Assembly (NCBI GenBank): GCA_040390065.1
Contig: JAZJZE010000009.1
Coordinates: forward strand, 1-64,000
Direction: 5' to 3'
Origin: a bacterium
GTDB taxonomy: Archaea > Thermoplasmatota > E2 > JACPAO01 > JAHFTW01
Length of the DNA: 64,000 nt
Numbering within the stretch: position 1 is the stretch's first letter; the number at the start of each line of letters is the position of its first letter. This document shows, one piece after another, positions 47,299 to 56,917 of the stretch. The notes under the pieces are model-generated. The model had not been told where the DNA came from and ran no database searches. It saw only the letters and a program-made list of their open reading frames with translations. The translations under genes were made by a program, and so were the position numbers.

Positions 47299-48618
47299 TC
47301 ACCACTTGACCCAGGCGAGACCGACGGCCATGAGGAGCCCCGCGACGAGGTGCAGTTGGATGGTCATGGCGCACGCCTTTGCGAGGCTGCGCTTGGCGTA
47401 GTTCTGGATGACTTTCATGATGGCGTAGGCGCCAAGCAGCGCGGCGGCAAGGCCGATGAGCGCGCCCTTCGTGAAGACGCCCGCCGCAACGAGGGCGGCC
47501 AGAGCCGCAAAGGCGCCGAGGACGATGACCAGGTAGCCCCAACGCGCACGGCGCGTCCCAAGGGTCGCAACGAGGTGGTTCTTGCCCGTGTGCAAGTCGC
47601 CGGCCACGTCGGGGAACTCGTTGACCCAGAGGATGGCGAGCGTCAGCAGGCCGATGGGGATCCCTACGAGGAAGGTGTTGACGCTGACTTGCCCGGAGAT
47701 GCCGTAGATGGCGCCGGCGGTGAGGAGCGGACCGAAGTTGAGGAACGTGGCCAGTTCGCCGAGCCCGCGGCGGGCCGACAGGCGGATCGGCGGCGCCGTG
47801 TAGAAGAAGCCCATGAGCGCCCCGACGGCGCCGAAGGCACCCACCCACACCTTGCCCATGGCGATGAGCGCCACGCCGAGGGCGGCTGCCACGACGATGC
47901 TCGCCGTGCCGACGAGGAACATGCCGCGCGGCGTGATGAGGCCGAGTTCGATGGAGCGCGAGCCGCCCGAGAACGGCAGGAAGTAGTCGTTGTTGGCCTG
48001 GTCGGTGCCTGCCCGCCAATCCCAGTAGTCGTTGAACGTGTTGGCCGCCAGGTGCAGTGCCAGACCGCCAGCGAGGACGAGCGCGAAGGCAACCCAGTCG
48101 AGCGTCATGGTGGGCTGCGTGGCGATCCAGGCCGCCGCGAGGAGGATGGGCACGAGCGTTGCCGTGAGGAAAGGCAGGCGGCCGATGACGACGCCCTTGA
48201 AGATGCGCGTCGCGAAGGCGGTCTTCGGCGTCGCAGCCGCCGGGTCGACGGAATCGAGGACCGTCGTGGTGCCGCAGTAGCCGGCCTGCTCGCCCTCGGT
48301 GCGGCCCCGGTGGAAGGTGGGCGTGATGCGGATGTGCGCGGCGAACCTGCTGCCGTCCTTGCGCACGAAGACCGTGTCCGTCTCAAAGGAGCCCTTCGTG
48401 CGTGCCTCCTTCAACCAATGCGGGACGTGGCCGAGCACGACCTCGCCGGGCGAGAACAGGGACACGCGGCGCTTGCCGATGACCTCGTCCGGCGCGTAGC
48501 CGAAGATGTGGTGCGCGCCCTCGTTGTAGGTCTCGATGCGTCCTTCCATGTCGCAGGTGATGACGCTGACGGCCTCTTTGTGGGGTTGGAGGCGGGGCGG
48601 AGAGGGTGCCTTGGCCAT
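47299..48618 (-). CDS. menA: PAS domain fused to MenA-like UbiA prenyltransferase
   Basis: N-terminal PAS (GRIETYNEGAHHIFGYAPDEVIG...RKDGSRF); NTFNDYWD..GTD, FYTAPP..GLGE, VNEFPD..GD...GK. Confidence 0.82.
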   Translation of the reverse strand: MAKAPSPPRLQPHKEAVSVITCDMEGRIETYNEGAHHIFGYAPDEVIGKRRVSLFSPGEVVLGHVPHWLKEARTKGSFETDTVFVRKDGSRFAAHIRITPTFHRGRTEGEQAGYCGTTTVLDSVDPAAATPKTAFATRIFKGVVIGRLPFLTATLVPILLAAAWIATQPTMTLDWVAFALVLAGGLALHLAANTFNDYWDWRAGTDQANNDYFLPFSGGSRSIELGLITPRGMFLVGTASIVVAAALGVALIAMGKVWVGAFGAVGALMGFFYTAPPIRLSARRGLGELATFLNFGPLLTAGAIYGISGQVSVNTFLVGIPIGLLTLAILWVNEFPDVAGDLHTGKNHLVATLGTRRARWGYLVIVLGAFAALAALVAAGVFTKGALIGLAAALLGAYAIMKVIQNYAKRSLAKACAMTIQLHLVAGLLMAVGLAWVKW

Positions 48619-48709
48619 GGTGGTCGCTTGCGCTTACAGGAGGGGCGTGATAAGCGTTGACGACGGACACAACTGGTGAGAAGTTGTATCGCCGGCGCAC
48701 GAAGGGGAA

Positions 48710-48906
48710 CGGGGCCGCCGGGGGGCCTGAAAGACCGGGAAGCCACGGAAAAAATCCGGAAAGCGACCTTTGCCGTCTTCGGCGACTTCGCTGTCTTTCA
48801 GGCATGGGCGGCCTGGGGGAACCGGAGACGAGCGGAGAACAGGAACCCATTCCCGTTCTCTTCACGAGATTCCTGTTCTCCGAGGCCCCCCACACTCACC
48901 ACGCGG
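48710..48906 (-). repeat. Dispersed structured element (candidate ncRNA or non-autonomous element), copy A
   Basis: Reverse-complement homologue of 60280-60454 with conserved stems. Confidence 0.75.
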
Positions 48907-48976
48907 CCACTTCGTTCGCGGCGCCGCCGTCGGAGGACGCGGTGGCCAGTCGTTGGCCAGCAGCGAAGTCGAGCGC

Positions 48977-50203
48977 CTACTCGGCCGGGACGTCGAGGCG
49001 GACCTTGCGCATCTTGGCGGCGGCCTTCTGCCAGCCCTCGACGCGCTTCGAAGTGATCTTGGTCCCGAGCACGTTGGTCTCCAGCGTGTCGAGGTAGTTG
49101 TTGACTTGGTTGGCGATGGCGTCGGGGCTGCGGCGCTTCAGTTCCGCGATGCCTTGGATGCCGGCGCGGGCTAGGGCTTCGGCGTACTGCTTGCCCACAC
49201 CGCTGATCTTCATGAGCTCCCCCATGTGCTGCCACTGTTCGACGGTCTTCTTCGGGACGCCGACGCGCTTGCCGAGGGATTCCGGCTCCTCGTAGGCGAG
49301 GCGGGCCGTCGTGAGGACGCCGGCTTGGGCGAGTTTGGCGCCGTAGATGCGGCCGATGCCTTCGATGTCCTCGACGTTGTGGATGTCGCCCGTGTAGTCG
49401 TAGTAGGCCCGCGATGCGGACCCGTTCGTGCCCGCGCGCTTGGCGAGGCGTTCCTCGAGTTCCGAGATGAAACCGCGGCCGTCGGCCTTGCGGCCGGTGC
49501 GCGGGACGGCTTCCTCGGTCGGCTCAGCCTCGGTCGCGGCACCGGTCGGCCAGTACTTCTCGCGCACGTCGGCGGGAAGACGTGCACGAACGTCCTCGGG
49601 GATGGAGGCGAGGCGCTTCTCGTCCATGACGACGACCGGCTTCTGCGAGTTGCGCAGCGGCAGTTCGGCGGCTTGGCCGTTGGGCGGCCCAGCAAGCAGG
49701 ATGCGCAGCTTGAGTTGGTTGCCCTGGTTGTCGATGGGGATGTACGTGTTCGTGTACAACGCCGACTCGACGGTGCGGGGCGTCACGAACGGGTACAGCT
49801 TGTTGCGGCGCTCGTACTTGCCGTACGCGTGGTACATCTGCGGCAGCGCCCCGAGGTTGTAGACGACCATCTCCGGGCCCTTGCCGAGGCCGTCGGGTTC
49901 GCCGAGTGTTGCCTCGAAGGCGTCGCGGGCGGCGTTCTCGGCGGCAAGACGGGCCGCTTCTTCCGCCTCGGCGCGCCGGTTGCGGCGTTCGTCGCTGGAG
50001 CGGATGAGGATGGCAAGAAGGATCAGGCAGACGAGGGCGGCAAGGACGACGCCGACCCAGAGCGCGACGGTCGGAGCGTCTTTCACCCACGGGAAGTCGG
50101 CCTGGTCGGTCGACTTGGCCCAGAGGAGGAACAAGAAGAACATGGTGACCAGGAACAGGACCACGAAGGAGACGGTGCCAAGGATCCGTTTGCCGCTGGC
50201 CAT
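48977..50203 (-). CDS. Membrane-anchored protein with C-terminal DUF4332-like tandem helix-hairpin-helix domain
   Basis: 2 N-terminal TM; IEGIGRIYGAKL..AGV and ISGVGKQYAEAL..AGI. Confidence 0.8.
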   Translation of the reverse strand: MASGKRILGTVSFVVLFLVTMFFLFLLWAKSTDQADFPWVKDAPTVALWVGVVLAALVCLILLAILIRSSDERRNRRAEAEEAARLAAENAARDAFEATLGEPDGLGKGPEMVVYNLGALPQMYHAYGKYERRNKLYPFVTPRTVESALYTNTYIPIDNQGNQLKLRILLAGPPNGQAAELPLRNSQKPVVVMDEKRLASIPEDVRARLPADVREKYWPTGAATEAEPTEEAVPRTGRKADGRGFISELEERLAKRAGTNGSASRAYYDYTGDIHNVEDIEGIGRIYGAKLAQAGVLTTARLAYEEPESLGKRVGVPKKTVEQWQHMGELMKISGVGKQYAEALARAGIQGIAELKRRSPDAIANQVNNYLDTLETNVLGTKITSKRVEGWQKAAAKMRKVRLDVPAE

Positions 50204-50234
50204 CAGTTATCGGGCCTTCCAAGGGGGCGGCTCT

Positions 50235-50846
50235 TTATGGTTTTGCTGTTTGATTTCTGGAGGCCGCCAGGTAGGCCGCCAGGGCGCGGGCGGCAACCCC
50301 CCTGTGACTCAGGGCAGCTTTCACTGTTGGAGGCACCTCCGCGAAGGTCCGGCCATCGCCTTGCGAACCGGGGGGGACGAGCGGCCGGAAGACGGGGTCG
50401 AAGCCGAAACCGCCCCCGCCGGCGGCGGCGGTGGCGACAAAGCCCCGGCATGCGCCTGCAAAGTGGCGCCGGTGGAGCCCTGCCTCGTCGCGCTCCACGA
50501 GGAGGATGTCGGCGTTGAACGACGCGACGCGGTCCTTCGGGGCAATCCCGGCCATGAGGCGCAAGAGGCCGGGGACGCCGATCGTGTCGAGGGCATGACG
50601 ACTGTAGACGCCCGGAAAGCCTCGCAAGGCCGCGACGAACAGGCCCGAGTCCTCGAGGATGAATGGCGGCCGCACCCCGGACGCCAGCAGGTGGTCGGCG
50701 CCGGCCTCGGTGACCTGGTCCAGGGTGGACGCCTGTAGCTCCGGGTAACCACGAGCGTCCTGCACCACCTCGACGCCGATGGGCGCTAACAGCAAGGTCA
50801 TTTCGGCTACTTTGCCGGCATTGGTGGTGACGAAGGTGAGTCTCAC
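50235..50846 (-). CDS. rdgB: Non-canonical purine NTP pyrophosphatase (RdgB/HAM1)
   Basis: TTNAGK, EDSGL, PGVYS, GFGFDPVF, SHR. Confidence 0.93.
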   Translation of the reverse strand: MRLTFVTTNAGKVAEMTLLLAPIGVEVVQDARGYPELQASTLDQVTEAGADHLLASGVRPPFILEDSGLFVAALRGFPGVYSRHALDTIGVPGLLRLMAGIAPKDRVASFNADILLVERDEAGLHRRHFAGACRGFVATAAAGGGGFGFDPVFRPLVPPGSQGDGRTFAEVPPTVKAALSHRGVAARALAAYLAASRNQTAKP

Positions 50847-52519
50847 CTGTAGCGCCCCCGCGAACGGATGGCATCGAGGCGCACGATGGCGGCTGGCGCG
50901 CAGCGGGCTCGGCTGTAGGCGCCCAGGAATGCCGCAAACAGGTCGTGGCTGCGCGGCTCTGTGGCCTCCAGTGCCTCCTCGAGCAGATGCAGGTCGACGC
51001 CGCGCGGTTCGGGCTCATCGGAGAACGACCCGAGGCCGAAGTCGATGAGGACGACGCGGCTGGCGGCGCCCGCGTCGGGGACGAGGACGTTGCTCGTCGT
51101 CAGGTCGCCATGCGACAGGCCGGCATCGTGCAGGCGACCGACGGCGGTGCCGAGGGCCGCAAGCCTTGTGCAGGCCACGTCGTCGGCGTCATGTCGCAGC
51201 GTGGCTTGCAGCGACTCGCCCGCAATGGGCTCGAGGGCCATGGCCGTTTCCTTGCGGTCCACGTCGTGCACGATCGGCACGGCCACTCCGGCACGCCTTG
51301 CGGCGACGAGCAGGTGTGCCTCGTCCCTGGTGCGGGCCGCCCGGATCGCTGCGTCGAGCCGGGCATCGCGGTACGCTTTGGGCAATCGGCGTTTCTGCAG
51401 GACCGCGGCGCCGAGGAAGCGGGCGGGTTCGAGCACGGCTTCCGCCCCGCCAAACGGCCGTGGCAAGCTGGCCATTGGGGCCTCGTCGCTGCGCCATGTC
51501 ACGGCGACCTGGTCGGTGCGTTCGTACGGGGTCACGGCGCTTGTTTCGGGTGTCAGGACGTCGCCCACGGCGAGTTTCGCGGTGCCCAGCCATGCAATCA
51601 TCGCGCCGTTGTCCACCAGCACGTCGCGGGGCGGGCAGTGCATCGTCGCGCCGCGCTCGTTGCACATGAGGCGCGCCATGTCCTGCAGACGCGCGTTGCA
51701 GGCGACGCCACCCCCCAGGGCCAACTCGTTGCGCCCCGTGTGGGCCAAGGCGCGCTCGGCCGTCTCGACGAGGGCGGCGAAGGCGTGCTCCTGGAAGGCG
51801 CGGCACACCTCCGGAAGCGGCACGCCGTCCGTGACGAGTCGCGATGCGGCCGTCGCCAGGCCGGCGAAGCTGACGTCCATGCCCTTGACCGTGTACGGCA
51901 GGTCGCGCCAGGAGTCGCGCGCCGCAGTGGCCGCAAGGCGCTCGACCTCGGGGCCGCCGGGGAACGGGATGCCCTGCTCGCGGGCGAACTTGTCGAGGGC
52001 GTTGCCCAGGCCGACGTCGAGCGTCTCACCGAAGACGCGGTATCGCCCGCGCACGTAGGCGAGGACTTGCGTGTTGGCGCCGGACACGTAGAGGAGCATC
52101 GGGTCCTTCGCGTCGGTGAGGCCGCGCGCGATCTCCAAGTGCGCGACACAGTGGTTGACGCCAATCAGCGGCTTGCCGGCGGCGATGGAGAGGGAGCGCG
52201 CCATCGTCGCCGCGACGCGCAGGCATGGCCCGAGACCCGGGCCTTGGCTGAAGGCGACAGCCTCCAAGTCCTTCGGGGAAAGGCCCGCCGCGTCGAGGGC
52301 TTTCTCCAGGAGCGCCGGCCCGACCTCGCCGTGGTGGTGGGCGGCTTCGCGCGGGTGGATGCCCATGGCCGCCTCGTCCGGGCCCGGCGGCGGCGGGCGC
52401 ACCATCGACCTCTCGTTGGCGAGGATGCGGCACTTGCCGGAGCTGTCGCGCTCCACGATGCCGACGCCCAACGTGTGGGCCGTGCCTTCGATGCCGAGGA
52501 CTGCCAACGCCGCGGCCAC
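50843..52519 (-). CDS. kae1: Bifunctional Kae1-Bud32 t6A synthesis protein (KEOPS)
   Basis: GIEGTAHT, GPGLGPCL, NHCVAHLE, DNGAMIA; kinase GAEA, HGDLTTSN, IDFGL. Confidence 0.95.
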   Translation of the reverse strand: MAAALAVLGIEGTAHTLGVGIVERDSSGKCRILANERSMVRPPPPGPDEAAMGIHPREAAHHHGEVGPALLEKALDAAGLSPKDLEAVAFSQGPGLGPCLRVAATMARSLSIAAGKPLIGVNHCVAHLEIARGLTDAKDPMLLYVSGANTQVLAYVRGRYRVFGETLDVGLGNALDKFAREQGIPFPGGPEVERLAATAARDSWRDLPYTVKGMDVSFAGLATAASRLVTDGVPLPEVCRAFQEHAFAALVETAERALAHTGRNELALGGGVACNARLQDMARLMCNERGATMHCPPRDVLVDNGAMIAWLGTAKLAVGDVLTPETSAVTPYERTDQVAVTWRSDEAPMASLPRPFGGAEAVLEPARFLGAAVLQKRRLPKAYRDARLDAAIRAARTRDEAHLLVAARRAGVAVPIVHDVDRKETAMALEPIAGESLQATLRHDADDVACTRLAALGTAVGRLHDAGLSHGDLTTSNVLVPDAGAASRVVLIDFGLGSFSDEPEPRGVDLHLLEEALEATEPRSHDLFAAFLGAYSRARCAPAAIVRLDAIRSRGRYR

Positions 52520-52561
52520 GCCGGGACGCGGCCTTAAGGGCTCGCCGACGCCGCAGGGCCT

Positions 52562-53920
52562 CTAGGTCGGTCGGCGCCGGCCGATGTGCAGGGCACGCTC
52601 GATTGGGCCGTCGCGGTGGTACAGGTCCAGCACACCGATCAATTCCTTGAGGAATTCCGGGAACCACGCGAAGGCTGCAAAGGCGATGAGCACCATGGCA
52701 ACGAGTGAGCCGCCCTTGCCGACGGCGTCATGCATGACCCAGAAACTCGCCTGGCCTTGGCCGTAGAACCAGATGATGCCGGTATTTCGCAGCAGGTTCA
52801 GGACGTACACGACGGTGGCGACGATGACGCTGGCGGCGATGCGCTTGCGCCACGGCGCCGTCGTGCCGATGAACAAGCCGACGAAGAGCATGATGGACTG
52901 CAATGCGGTGCAGGCGAGGATGATGGAGACGGGGATGACGAGCGTCGAGCCGCCGGTGGGGTCGAAGTGCGTGATGGATTCCCAGGCGCCGTGCGGCGGC
53001 GGCGGAAGCGTCCCGAGGTGGCTGTGGTAGCCGAAGGAAGCGAGGTTGGCGCCGAGGTCGCTCGTGGACTCGACGGTCTGGGCGCAGTGCTGGACGATGT
53101 ACGGGCTCGCGCCGACGGCCGGGTCGGCGGCATACGTCTGGCCACCGAAGCAGTAGTCGAGGCCGACTTGGGCCCCTTGCCCGAAGAAGTTCAGCGTCCA
53201 CAGCGTGTGCTTCGACACGGCGAGGATGAGCCACACGCGCACGGGCTCGATCTTGTCGATGACGAAGTAGGCGCCGGCGGCGACGAACGTCGAGATGTTG
53301 AGGAAGCGCACCGTGTGGTTCTCGACGCGGCGCATCTCGGAGAGCCACTGGTGGTACGCGAGGTAGGTGAAGAAGTACGTCCCCACGATGGCGAAGAACA
53401 GGTTGACGTAGTCGCCGTTCTCCTCGACGAACAGGTCCTGCGCCACGAGCGCCCAGTAGAAGGCGAAGAGGAGCCAGCCGGCCATCGTGATGGATTTGGC
53501 CCAGTTGCGCTGGATGAAGCCGAAGCCCAAGAGGCCGAGGCCAGCAAAGAGCGGCACGTCGGTCCATCCGTCCCATGCCTTCGTCGCCGTCGGGTTGAGG
53601 TGCCAACTGTACAAGCGGGCGAGGAAGAAGCCGATGAGCGTCATGCCGGTGGCAAGGGCTAGCCAGAACAAGGTCACGTTGCGCGGGTCGTGCGCCAATT
53701 CGTCTGGCGTGGATGGCTCGCCGGCGTACGGGTGCGGGCGCTCGGGTCGCTTGGAACGGCCGAACCAGCCCCGGCGGACGGCGGGCGCTGCCGTCGGAGG
53801 GGCGCCATCGGAGGTGGGCGTAGCCGGCGACGCGGCAGGTGCCGAGGTGGGCGCAGGCGGCGGGGCCCCTGGACCTGCGGCCGCGTTGGACCGACTTGGA
53901 CGGGCGGCCGGAGTCTCCAC
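52562..53920 (-). CDS. artA: Archaeosortase A
   Basis: Multi-TM; IILACTALQS (catalytic Cys), NLLRN (Arg), MHD..GKGGS. Start uncertain. Confidence 0.85.
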   Translation of the reverse strand: METPAARPSRSNAAAGPGAPPPAPTSAPAASPATPTSDGAPPTAAPAVRRGWFGRSKRPERPHPYAGEPSTPDELAHDPRNVTLFWLALATGMTLIGFFLARLYSWHLNPTATKAWDGWTDVPLFAGLGLLGFGFIQRNWAKSITMAGWLLFAFYWALVAQDLFVEENGDYVNLFFAIVGTYFFTYLAYHQWLSEMRRVENHTVRFLNISTFVAAGAYFVIDKIEPVRVWLILAVSKHTLWTLNFFGQGAQVGLDYCFGGQTYAADPAVGASPYIVQHCAQTVESTSDLGANLASFGYHSHLGTLPPPPHGAWESITHFDPTGGSTLVIPVSIILACTALQSIMLFVGLFIGTTAPWRKRIAASVIVATVVYVLNLLRNTGIIWFYGQGQASFWVMHDAVGKGGSLVAMVLIAFAAFAWFPEFLKELIGVLDLYHRDGPIERALHIGRRRPT

Positions 53921-53995
53921 GCTCGCGCGACTTGCCCCGTCCGCCTAAAGGTTGTGGTCAGTCGGTTTGGCCGGACCACCGCGGGCAAAGCCTTG

Positions 53996-54793
53996 ATGGG
54001 CGGCGCCGTCCACCCGCGCGTGCCGGAGGCGCCGCAGAGGATCGTCTCGCTCGTCCCGAGCCACACGGAGACGCTTCATGCCCTCGGCTTGGGGGACCGC
54101 GTCGTCGGGCGCACGCGCTTCTGCATCCACCCAGAACCATGGGCCGAAACCGTCCCCGCCGTCGGCGGCACGAAGGACGCATCCCTTGACAAGATCCTGG
54201 CGTTGCGGCCGGACCTCGTTGTCGCGGACAAGGACGAGAACCCGAAGGCGCTGGTCGAGGCCCTGCAAGCTGCCGGCGTCGCCGTGCTTTGGTCCGACAT
54301 CGCCACCGTCGAGGACGCGGCCGGCTTCGTGGCACGCCTGGCGGCGCAGTGCGGTGTTGCCGACGCGGGCCGCGCCCAATCCGACGCCATCCTGCAGGCG
54401 CTTGCCGAGGTGCGGGGAGCTGGGCGAGGCGTCGCGGTCTTCTGCCCGATCTGGCATGCGCCGTGGATGACGTTCGATGCAACGGCCTACCCAAGCGCCG
54501 TACTCGACGCCGTGGGCTTGCACAACGCGTTTGCCGGCCACGCCGGGACGCGGTACTTCGAGGTGACCGAGTCCGACGTCGCGGCGTCGCAGGCGTCGTG
54601 GGCCCTGCTGCCGACCGAACCGTTCCCGTTCCACAAGCGCCGCGCCGCGATTGACACGGCCGGACTCGGCCGCTGCGGACAAACCGACCGCGTCCGCGTC
54701 ATCGACGGCGAAGCCCTGACGTGGTTCGGCGTACGCACGGCGCCGGGGCTGCGCGAGCTTGCAAAAGTGGCGCGCGAATTGGCTCAGACTTGA
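53996..54793 (+). CDS. Helical-backbone metal receptor (BtuF-like), no obvious signal peptide
   Basis: RIVSLVPSHTE, VGRTRFC, VGGTKD, EPFPF, DGEALTWFG. Confidence 0.85.
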   Translation: MGGAVHPRVPEAPQRIVSLVPSHTETLHALGLGDRVVGRTRFCIHPEPWAETVPAVGGTKDASLDKILALRPDLVVADKDENPKALVEALQAAGVAVLWSDIATVEDAAGFVARLAAQCGVADAGRAQSDAILQALAEVRGAGRGVAVFCPIWHAPWMTFDATAYPSAVLDAVGLHNAFAGHAGTRYFEVTESDVAASQASWALLPTEPFPFHKRRAAIDTAGLGRCGQTDRVRVIDGEALTWFGVRTAPGLRELAKVARELAQT

Positions 54794-56838
54794 CGGCGGC
54801 GCCGGGCCAACACGGCAACCAACCCCAGGGCCGCCGCTAGCCAGGCGATCTCCAATCCCGGCGTCGATTTGTGGTTCGCAGCTTCCAGGACCTTGGCGCG
54901 TTCGGCTGCATCGTATTTCCCGAGGCCGCCGTGCAGGTCCTCGAACGCCGCGGTTTCCGATCCCGCGGTGCCGGAGCCTGCCGAACCGTTGGCGTCGCCG
55001 GGCGAAGTGGACCCAGTCGACGTCGTCGACATGCCGGACGGCGTCGGTCCAGCCATGGCCTTGGGCGATCCGTCCATGACGCAGTAGTCGTAGCAGCCGC
55101 CGCCGTACATCATCTGGCCGCGGGTCAGCACGACGTCGAACGGTGAGTCGCCGGCCGGGACGTCGAGGACGCCCTGCCAGACGAAGTAGCCGTACATCGA
55201 GACGGTGACCTGGTGGTAGCCGCTGCGGAGGCCCACCTTGTAGGAGCCGTCGCGGTCCGTCTGCGCGTAGCCGCCGGCGTTGTTGTCCATGTTGTAGAAC
55301 GAGATCGTCGCCTGGGGGATGGCCTTGTGCGACGTGCCGTCGACCAGGTAGCCGGACACGGTTGCGTCGGGGTGCGGCTTGGGGCGCAGCTGGATGTCGA
55401 GCTTGGTGTCCGCGTTGGCCGTAAGGTTGAGCGTTCCAATCCACGGGAAGTACTCCGGCCCGCACGTCGTGGCCGAACTGTGGTCCGCGTTCGTCGTCGT
55501 CGAGCACGACCTCCATGTGTCATAGTAGACGTTAACGGTCGCGTAGCCGGGGGTCACCATGGCCTCGAAGGAGCCGTCGGACTGCACCTTGATGGCGCAG
55601 CCGTTGTTTCCAGGGTACGGGTACATGGCCGGCGAGGCTTGCGCCGAACCGGTCGCCGTCGCGCTGCCGCCGCTGTACGTCGGCTCCGACGCCGTCACGC
55701 TCATGGGGTACACTTGTGAGCCGCCGCCGTCGCTGCACTCGTAGACGCCGAATTCCGGCGAGTTGACGTTGATCGAGACGTAGCCGAGGCCGCGACCGGT
55801 CTCCGCGTCGGTGACGTGGCCGACGAGGTGGGCCGTCTTGTCCGGGAACTTCGTGAGCTTGACGTCGACCTGGACGGTCTGGCCCTTCTCCACGTACTGC
55901 GACGTGTAGAACGAGGCATAGCCCGCCTGGTTGACTTGGACGTTGACACTGGAGCCGCCGAACACCTTGACGGCGTAGCGGCCGTCGGACCCGGTGGTCG
56001 CCGATGTGTCGCCGCCGTAGCAGCACGGACGGACGCAGGACTGCGTCGGTGCGCCGGCGTTCGGAGGCGGTGGCGCGCAAGCGTAGTCGGGTTGTGGCTC
56101 GGCGCAGCAGCCGCCGTTGTAGTCGTAAACGTGCACGACGATTCCCGAGAGGGGCGTGGCATGTTGGTCCGTGACAACGCCCTGCACCGTGGCATCGCGG
56201 CCGGGTTCGGCCGCAACCTTGAGCAAGACGACGGCGGTGCCATCGACGAACGCTTCCTGACTGAGCACCATGACGCCGTTGCGCACGACGTTGAACGTGC
56301 GGTACCCACCGACCGTGGTCACCTGGAAGCCGCCATCGGGTCCCGTGGTTGCCGCCGAGGAGTCGCCGCCAGGGCAGCACACCTTGACGTACGCGTCCGC
56401 GACGCCCTTGCCGTTTGCGTCCACGACCTGGCCCGTGGCCGCCACCTTGGTGCCGGAGAGGGCCACGTCATGGATGGTGCCGCCCTTGACGGCCACCATG
56501 GCGGATCCGTCCGCAAAGCCCGCATGGCTCACGGCGAGGTCGTAGTCGCCATCGGCCAGCGACGAGAACTGGTAGGAGCCGTGGGCGTCCGCCTCAACCG
56601 TCTGGTCGACGGCCCCGACCGCCGTGCCGGCAGCGCCCGGTTTCGTCAAGTGGACCGACGCTGCGGGGATGCCATCGATGCGACAGGCCCCGGGGCTCGT
56701 CCCGTTGAAGCCCTCCACGGTGCACACGAGGCCCGCGAGGGAGGAGTTGTTCACCTGGGCTTCGGCGCCGTGCAGGAGAGGTGTGGCGGGGGCCAGGACG
56801 AAAATCGCCGTGGCGATGATGGCAGCAAAGCCGCGCAT
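54784..56838 (-). CDS. Surface protein with repeated carboxypeptidase-regulatory-like domains and PGF-CTERM-like tail
   Basis: Repeated G.V.D..G......V / T..DG.Y units; ends KSTPGLEIAWLAAALGLVAVLARRRR. Confidence 0.85.
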   Translation of the reverse strand: MRGFAAIIATAIFVLAPATPLLHGAEAQVNNSSLAGLVCTVEGFNGTSPGACRIDGIPAASVHLTKPGAAGTAVGAVDQTVEADAHGSYQFSSLADGDYDLAVSHAGFADGSAMVAVKGGTIHDVALSGTKVAATGQVVDANGKGVADAYVKVCCPGGDSSAATTGPDGGFQVTTVGGYRTFNVVRNGVMVLSQEAFVDGTAVVLLKVAAEPGRDATVQGVVTDQHATPLSGIVVHVYDYNGGCCAEPQPDYACAPPPPNAGAPTQSCVRPCCYGGDTSATTGSDGRYAVKVFGGSSVNVQVNQAGYASFYTSQYVEKGQTVQVDVKLTKFPDKTAHLVGHVTDAETGRGLGYVSINVNSPEFGVYECSDGGGSQVYPMSVTASEPTYSGGSATATGSAQASPAMYPYPGNNGCAIKVQSDGSFEAMVTPGYATVNVYYDTWRSCSTTTNADHSSATTCGPEYFPWIGTLNLTANADTKLDIQLRPKPHPDATVSGYLVDGTSHKAIPQATISFYNMDNNAGGYAQTDRDGSYKVGLRSGYHQVTVSMYGYFVWQGVLDVPAGDSPFDVVLTRGQMMYGGGCYDYCVMDGSPKAMAGPTPSGMSTTSTGSTSPGDANGSAGSGTAGSETAAFEDLHGGLGKYDAAERAKVLEAANHKSTPGLEIAWLAAALGLVAVLARRRRQV

Positions 56839-56917
56839 GGCATTCCGATGTGCTGCTTCAGGCTATATACGTCCGGTGATGGGAGGGGTTTTCCCCAACC
56901 GCCCGCGCAATGCCGCA

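Noticed and set aside
50843-52519. Kae1-Bud32 fusion as a novelty
   Set aside because: This fusion is well known in several euryarchaeal and Thermoplasmata genomes.
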